From NCBI GenBank assembly GCA_963666055.2, contig CAXWPH010000015.1, positions 1,216,001 to 1,280,000 on the forward strand: a stretch of DNA of 64,000 nucleotides, read 5' to 3'. Origin of the DNA: Acidobacteriota bacterium (lineage in GTDB: Bacteria; Acidobacteriota; UBA890; WLXD01). Position 1 is the stretch's first letter, and each line of letters opens with the position of its first letter. Below the pieces are notes generated by a model, which saw only the letters and a list, made by a program, of their open reading frames with translations, made no database searches and was not told the origin of the DNA. Both the position numbers and the translations under genes were made by a program. This document shows positions 59,294-64,000 of this stretch, in pieces.

Positions 59294-61812
59294 GAACGCC
59301 TCTGGTCTCGCGTCGCGCGAGCCCTGTTGCCGGAAAGAATCCCCACCAACTCGTCGTCAATGCTCGAGGCGAGCGTTCCCGCGGGCCGGATAGCCGCTCC
59401 TTCGAACTCGAAGTCGATTCGTCGAACCGAGCCATCCTCTATCTCGTGCGGCATCGCGATGTTGTGTCGGAACGGTGGCTTCTCTTCTGACAGATCCGTG
59501 AACTCGGTCCTCGTCATGCCCAGAGGCGTCAGGATGCGGTCATGGATGACCTCCTCGTAGGTGCTGTTGGTGACCTGGCCCGCGACATAACCGGCCGCCA
59601 TGAACATGGTGTTGTTGTACTGGAAACGTTCCCTGAATCCGACGCTGAGGTCGGCGTTCCGGATGCTGCCGACCAGGTCCTGTCGCGACAGCGTGCTTCC
59701 CATCCAGCTGACAGCGCTCTCGGGAACGCCGGTGCGATGGGTGACCAGGTCTTCCACGGTGAGGTGTGCCGACACGTACTCGTCATTGTGGACGGCGAAG
59801 CTCGGCACGTACGTGCGCACCGGAGCCTGCCAGTCGATCAAGCCGTCGTCGACAAGCATGGCTAGCGCAGTCGTCGTGAAGGCCTTCGTCGTCGAGCCGA
59901 TCAGGAAGATGGTCTGGGAGTCGATCGGACGACCCGTGCTCGTGTCCCTTGTTCCGAAGCCTTCGGCGAAGATCACTTCGCCGTTGCGCACGATTCCGAC
60001 ACCCAATCCGGGCACCCCGGCTTCCGCCACCCTCTGCTCGATCGTCTCCCGGATCGCTCCGAGTTGTCTCTCGAGTGTCGGAGTTGGCTTCGCTAGATTC
60101 GGCTGGCGCGGCGTGTGTCCGGGACCTCGCACAACCATGCCCGGTCGAGCGTCCGAGACCTCGCCGTTGTGTAGAACGACCTCCCCGTTCACGACGACGG
60201 TATGGACCCCCGTCGATATTTGATGCGGGTCAATATAGGTGGCCCGATCGATGATGGTGGCGGGATCGAAGATCACCACATCGGCATAGAAGCCTTCCCT
60301 GAGCAGCCCTCGGTCACGTATCTGGAGGATTTGTGCCGGGAAAGACGTAGCGCGCCTCACTGCCTCCTCCAAACGCACCAGGCCAAGCTCGCGGACATAC
60401 TTGCCCAAGATCTTGGGAAACGAGCCGTAGCTGCGCGGATGCGTAAGCCCCCCGGACAGCGGCCCGTCGGGAGCGATCGTTCCCCCATCAGTGCCGAATG
60501 CTACCCAGGGTTGCTGGATCGCCAGTTGAATGTCGTTTTCATTGTTGATGTATGACGTGAATCCGGGGTCGCCCTCGAGGACGAGGTCCATGACGGTGTC
60601 GCGCGGATCCTGATTCTTGGCGCGCGCGATCGCATCCAACGTCATGCCTTGATACGGGGCCAGGTTCGGGTTGTCAGCCCCGCCGACGAGGGTGATTCCC
60701 CGCGGACCGCCACCTGCCCCCATGTACTCTTTCTCCCACTCGTCGGTCTGCGTCGCCAGGTCCGTTTGAATCCGCTCACGGATCTGCTCGTCGTTCAGGC
60801 GGCGGACGACCTCGTCCCAGCCACCCTCCAGTGCCCAAGGTGGCAGCAGCGCCGAGAAGCTCGCGGCCCCTTGCTCGTAGGGATACATGTCCGCGGTGAT
60901 CTGCAGGCCTTCCGCTCGAGCATCCTCCACGCGCTGCACGATCTCGGGCATGCGGCCCCAGTTCTGCTCGTAGGCGATCTTCAAGTGCGTAATGTGCGCC
61001 GGAATGCGCGCCTCGCGGGCGATTTGAAAAACCTCATCCAGGGACGCGTGGAAGGCGTTGCCCTCGCTTCGGGGGTGCGTCTGATACACGCCGCCGTACG
61101 CGGAAGCGACCTTTGCCATCTCGACGAGCTCGCTCGTCCGGTTGTAGCGGTCCGGGGAGTACATGAGCGCCGAGTACACACCCAGGGCCCCGTCCCGCAT
61201 CGCTTGGTCGACGATCTCGCGCATTTGGTCGAGTTCTTCAGGAGTCGCGAGGCGGTTATCGTGACCCACAGTCATCACGCGGACGTTCTCGGTACCGAGA
61301 TAGGTGGCGAAGTTGATCGTTGCCGGCGTTGCTTCCAGGTGGCGAAAGAACTGATCGAGCGAGCGCCACTCGAGGTCGACACCGTAGCGGGCGAGCCTGG
61401 CCTCGTGGCGGGCCGCCATGGCATCGTTCAGCGGTGCTACCGAACTGCCCTCCCCCTCGATTTCCAGGGTGATTCCCTGCGTGACCTTGCTCACCGCGCG
61501 TGGATCAACGAAGTAGTTGGTTCCGGGATGGGCGTGCATATCGATGAACCCGGGCGAGACAGCATACCCCTGTGCGTCGATGCGACGCCTCGCCAATGCC
61601 TGGGAGAGGTCGCCGACGGCAGCGATCTTCTTGCCGCGGATGCCTACGTCGGCCTCGAACCAGGGATTCCCCGTACCGTCGATGAGCCGTCCGCCATGGA
61701 CGATCAGATCGAACGGCTCCTGTGCGGCGTGGGAATCTGCCTGAGGGATCAGGTATCCGAAAAGCAGAACTCCGACGGATAGGAGGGACAGCGGCAGCGT
61801 GGTTCTAGACAT
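59290..61812 (-). CDS. Exported D-aminoacylase fused to a beta-lactamase-like serine hydrolase, apparently C-terminally truncated
   Basis: PGFIDMHAH, HPRSYGSF and FYADVVIFDP, then IGSTTKAF (SxxK), FQYNN and AGTLASSIDD, followed by an unrelated 20-aa tail. Confidence 0.8.
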   Translation of the reverse strand: MSRTTLPLSLLSVGVLLFGYLIPQADSHAAQEPFDLIVHGGRLIDGTGNPWFEADVGIRGKKIAAVGDLSQALARRRIDAQGYAVSPGFIDMHAHPGTNYFVDPRAVSKVTQGITLEIEGEGSSVAPLNDAMAARHEARLARYGVDLEWRSLDQFFRHLEATPATINFATYLGTENVRVMTVGHDNRLATPEELDQMREIVDQAMRDGALGVYSALMYSPDRYNRTSELVEMAKVASAYGGVYQTHPRSEGNAFHASLDEVFQIAREARIPAHITHLKIAYEQNWGRMPEIVQRVEDARAEGLQITADMYPYEQGAASFSALLPPWALEGGWDEVVRRLNDEQIRERIQTDLATQTDEWEKEYMGAGGGPRGITLVGGADNPNLAPYQGMTLDAIARAKNQDPRDTVMDLVLEGDPGFTSYINNENDIQLAIQQPWVAFGTDGGTIAPDGPLSGGLTHPRSYGSFPKILGKYVRELGLVRLEEAVRRATSFPAQILQIRDRGLLREGFYADVVIFDPATIIDRATYIDPHQISTGVHTVVVNGEVVLHNGEVSDARPGMVVRGPGHTPRQPNLAKPTPTLERQLGAIRETIEQRVAEAGVPGLGVGIVRNGEVIFAEGFGTRDTSTGRPIDSQTIFLIGSTTKAFTTTALAMLVDDGLIDWQAPVRTYVPSFAVHNDEYVSAHLTVEDLVTHRTGVPESAVSWMGSTLSRQDLVGSIRNADLSVGFRERFQYNNTMFMAAGYVAGQVTNSTYEEVIHDRILTPLGMTRTEFTDLSEEKPPFRHNIAMPHEIEDGSVRRIDFEFEGAAIRPAGTLASSIDDELVGILSGNRARATRDQRRS

Positions 61813-61899
61813 ATGCGATCCTCCCCACCTCATGTCTACGTGCCCGGCGCGTGGAAAGACGAAGTGGGATGACAAAGCGGATGGCTGTGTGGAGATGGT

Positions 61900-63282
61900 T
61901 CATTGCTTCCGTGACCAGGCGTAATAGACGGGAACGCCGAGCCCAAGAACGGCGAGTCCGGAGAATGCCTCGACCGGTCGCTCGAAGAGGCTCGTGATCC
62001 CGATGGCGACAACGGACGTGAGGAAGAACGCTGGAACGATCGGGTAGCCCCACACCCGATACGGCCTTGGGAGGTCGGGTCGTGTGCGCCTGAGCGTGAA
62101 GACGCTTGCCGCGGCGGCCGCGTAGAGGAGGATCACCGCGAACGTGGCGTAGGTGAAGAGTTGCTCGAACGTCGCCGAGAGTGCCAGGACACACGCCCAG
62201 GCGCACTGAAGCCACAGGGAGACGTGGGGTGTGCGGTACCGCGGATGCACACGAGCCACCGAGCTAAAGAACAGTCCGTCCTTGGCCATGGCGTAGTAGA
62301 CGCGGGCCCCTGCCAGGATCGACCCGTTGGTAGACCCGAATGTGGAGATTACGATGGCCGCGGCGATAAAAACCGCGGCGCTTGGACCCAGGAGTGCCGA
62401 CGCGGCCCTCTCCGCCACTGTGAGCACCCCTTGCATCTCAGTGATCGGTAGCGCCAGGACATACACCACATTCACGAGAAGGTACGTGACCGTGATGGTG
62501 GCGGTTCCGAGCACGAGAGCCCGGGGCAGAGTCCGGGCAGGATCCTTGATCTCGCCGGCAGAAAAGTTGAGGTTGCTGAACCCGTCATATGACCAGAGGA
62601 CCGCGATCAGGGCAATCAAGAACCCGCTGAGCAGTGAACCGCTGTCGACACCTCCTACCGGTGTCGGGAGCTCGCCCGCCGAGCCGCTGCCGGCCCAAAG
62701 TCCTAGAGCGATGAAGATTGCGATCGCTGCAACCTTGAGTATTGTCGAGACGTTCTGGATCAACGCGCCGAACCGGAGGCCGAGCACGTTCATCGCGGTC
62801 AAACCGATGATCGTCGCCACCGCGACGAACTGCCCAGCCGACAAGGACACGGTGGCTCCAGCGAGCGATCCGGAAACCAATACGTTGTCGATGGCGAGAG
62901 CCGGCAAGAAATAGCCGAGGTACACCGCGAAGCCCGTCGCCACCGCGGCGATGGCGCCCGGTTGATAGACCAGAAAGATGATCCATCCGAACAAGAACGC
63001 CGGCAGAGGCCCGTAGGCCTCCCGGAGATAGACGTACTGGCCGCCAGCCTGCGGCATCGCTGCCCCGAGCTCTGCGTAGGTCAGGGCTCCCGCCATGGCC
63101 AGCAATCCTCCCACCAGCCACGCCGCAAGCAGCAGCATCGGATCGGGCAGTGATTCCGCCATGATTCCGGTCGTGAGGAAGATCCCGGAACCGACGGTGA
63201 TTCCGATGACCAAGAAGGTGGAGTCGAGTAGACCGAGTTCGCGTACCAGCTCTCCACCGGCTTCGTGCGGGTCGGGAGTCAT
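61900..63282 (-). CDS. APC family amino acid permease
   Basis: VGSGIF, YAELG..AGGQYVYL, WSYDG and RPYRVWGYP; about 12 TM helices. Confidence 0.93.
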   Translation of the reverse strand: MTPDPHEAGGELVRELGLLDSTFLVIGITVGSGIFLTTGIMAESLPDPMLLLAAWLVGGLLAMAGALTYAELGAAMPQAGGQYVYLREAYGPLPAFLFGWIIFLVYQPGAIAAVATGFAVYLGYFLPALAIDNVLVSGSLAGATVSLSAGQFVAVATIIGLTAMNVLGLRFGALIQNVSTILKVAAIAIFIALGLWAGSGSAGELPTPVGGVDSGSLLSGFLIALIAVLWSYDGFSNLNFSAGEIKDPARTLPRALVLGTATITVTYLLVNVVYVLALPITEMQGVLTVAERAASALLGPSAAVFIAAAIVISTFGSTNGSILAGARVYYAMAKDGLFFSSVARVHPRYRTPHVSLWLQCAWACVLALSATFEQLFTYATFAVILLYAAAAASVFTLRRTRPDLPRPYRVWGYPIVPAFFLTSVVAIGITSLFERPVEAFSGLAVLGLGVPVYYAWSRKQ

Positions 63283-63977
63283 ATCCCCGCGACGACAGAC
63301 GCGTCGGGCTGGACGGCGACCACTGCCCGAAGCTTGGCCTCGGCTGCGTTCAGGTGGCGCAGCAGAACCTCAGCGCACTCACCCTGTCGACCGCGGGCCA
63401 GGAGGTCGGCGATGGTCCGGTGCTCGGCTACTTGCGTAGCCGCAGCATCGTCGCTGTCTGCACCGTCCACCAAGACCAGAGCGAGACGAAGCTCGGCCAG
63501 GGTGGTCTGGAGAAGGTTGCTCATCCGTTCGCTCTTCAGGAACTCCACCAGGTACTGATGAAAACGCATGTCTAGCTCGACGGCGCGTGGCCAATCCCTT
63601 GCCAGGCTCGACGGGCCCATCTCCTCGACGAGCTTCCCCATTCGCTCGAACTCAGCGATGGGAGCACCACGACTCGCGTTCACAGCAGCAAGCTCGAGCA
63701 GCCTGCGTACCCCGTAAATGTCGGCCACGTCCCCTTCCGTGAGCGTCATCACAGCAGCGCCGCGATGTGGGCTGTGCTGCACCAACCCCTCGTAAACGAG
63801 GAGCCGGAGCGCCTCTCGCATGGTGTTGCGCGAGATCCCAAAGACAGACGCCAGCGACACCTCCTGCAGCGGCGTCCCCGGTCGAAGCTGCCCCTGGAGG
63901 ATCTGCTCTCTCAGCGCGCCGGCGGCCTGGTCGGAGGTGCTCTTTCGGTCGATTCGTAGGCCCTGCGGGTCGCTCAC
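63279..63977 (-). CDS. GntR family (FCD) transcriptional regulator
   Basis: GQLRPG..LASVFGISRNTMREAL; FH and EH motifs of the FCD domain. Confidence 0.92.
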   Translation of the reverse strand: MSDPQGLRIDRKSTSDQAAGALREQILQGQLRPGTPLQEVSLASVFGISRNTMREALRLLVYEGLVQHSPHRGAAVMTLTEGDVADIYGVRRLLELAAVNASRGAPIAEFERMGKLVEEMGPSSLARDWPRAVELDMRFHQYLVEFLKSERMSNLLQTTLAELRLALVLVDGADSDDAAATQVAEHRTIADLLARGRQGECAEVLLRHLNAAEAKLRAVVAVQPDASVVAGI

Positions 63978-64000
63978 GCTGGTGTTGCTCCGTAGAAGAG

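Overview
GC-rich bacterial window. The gene content (GWxTD, VWA, PEGA, Ser/Thr kinase remnants, heme-c/Cu monooxygenase) suggests an Acidobacteriota-like genome, which is an inference. I found no rRNA, tRNA, CRISPR array or intact transposase. Intact blocks: an SBP56/methanethiol-oxidase-like gene with a ferredoxin and a CoA-binding protein; a TetR-controlled electrophile-detox cluster (OYE, NTF2-like, GST, quinone oxidoreductase) with three visible operators; an ECF sigma/ZAS anti-sigma pair whose candidate promoter (TGTAAGAA-N14-GCACTCA) recurs before four nearby transcription units; an OmpR-type two-component system; katG; psd-pssA; and a GntR/APC amino-acid catabolic operon. The best candidate for an undescribed system is a divergent cluster at 36.4-45.5 kb in which all six proteins appear exported: PQQ dehydrogenase, secreted protein, heme-c/Cu monooxygenase, a Tat-signal Rieske oxygenase, and lipoprotein ureohydrolase and amidohydrolase. 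Also notable are a ~1076-aa repetitive coiled coil ending in a degenerate HD-GYP domain, a modular CTAG-bounded MITE family with compensatory base changes, and an exported lyase without the MIO motif. At least 15 gene fragments are joined at abrupt junctions, from either genome decay or chimeric assembly. All family calls come from motif recognition by eye; no database search was run.
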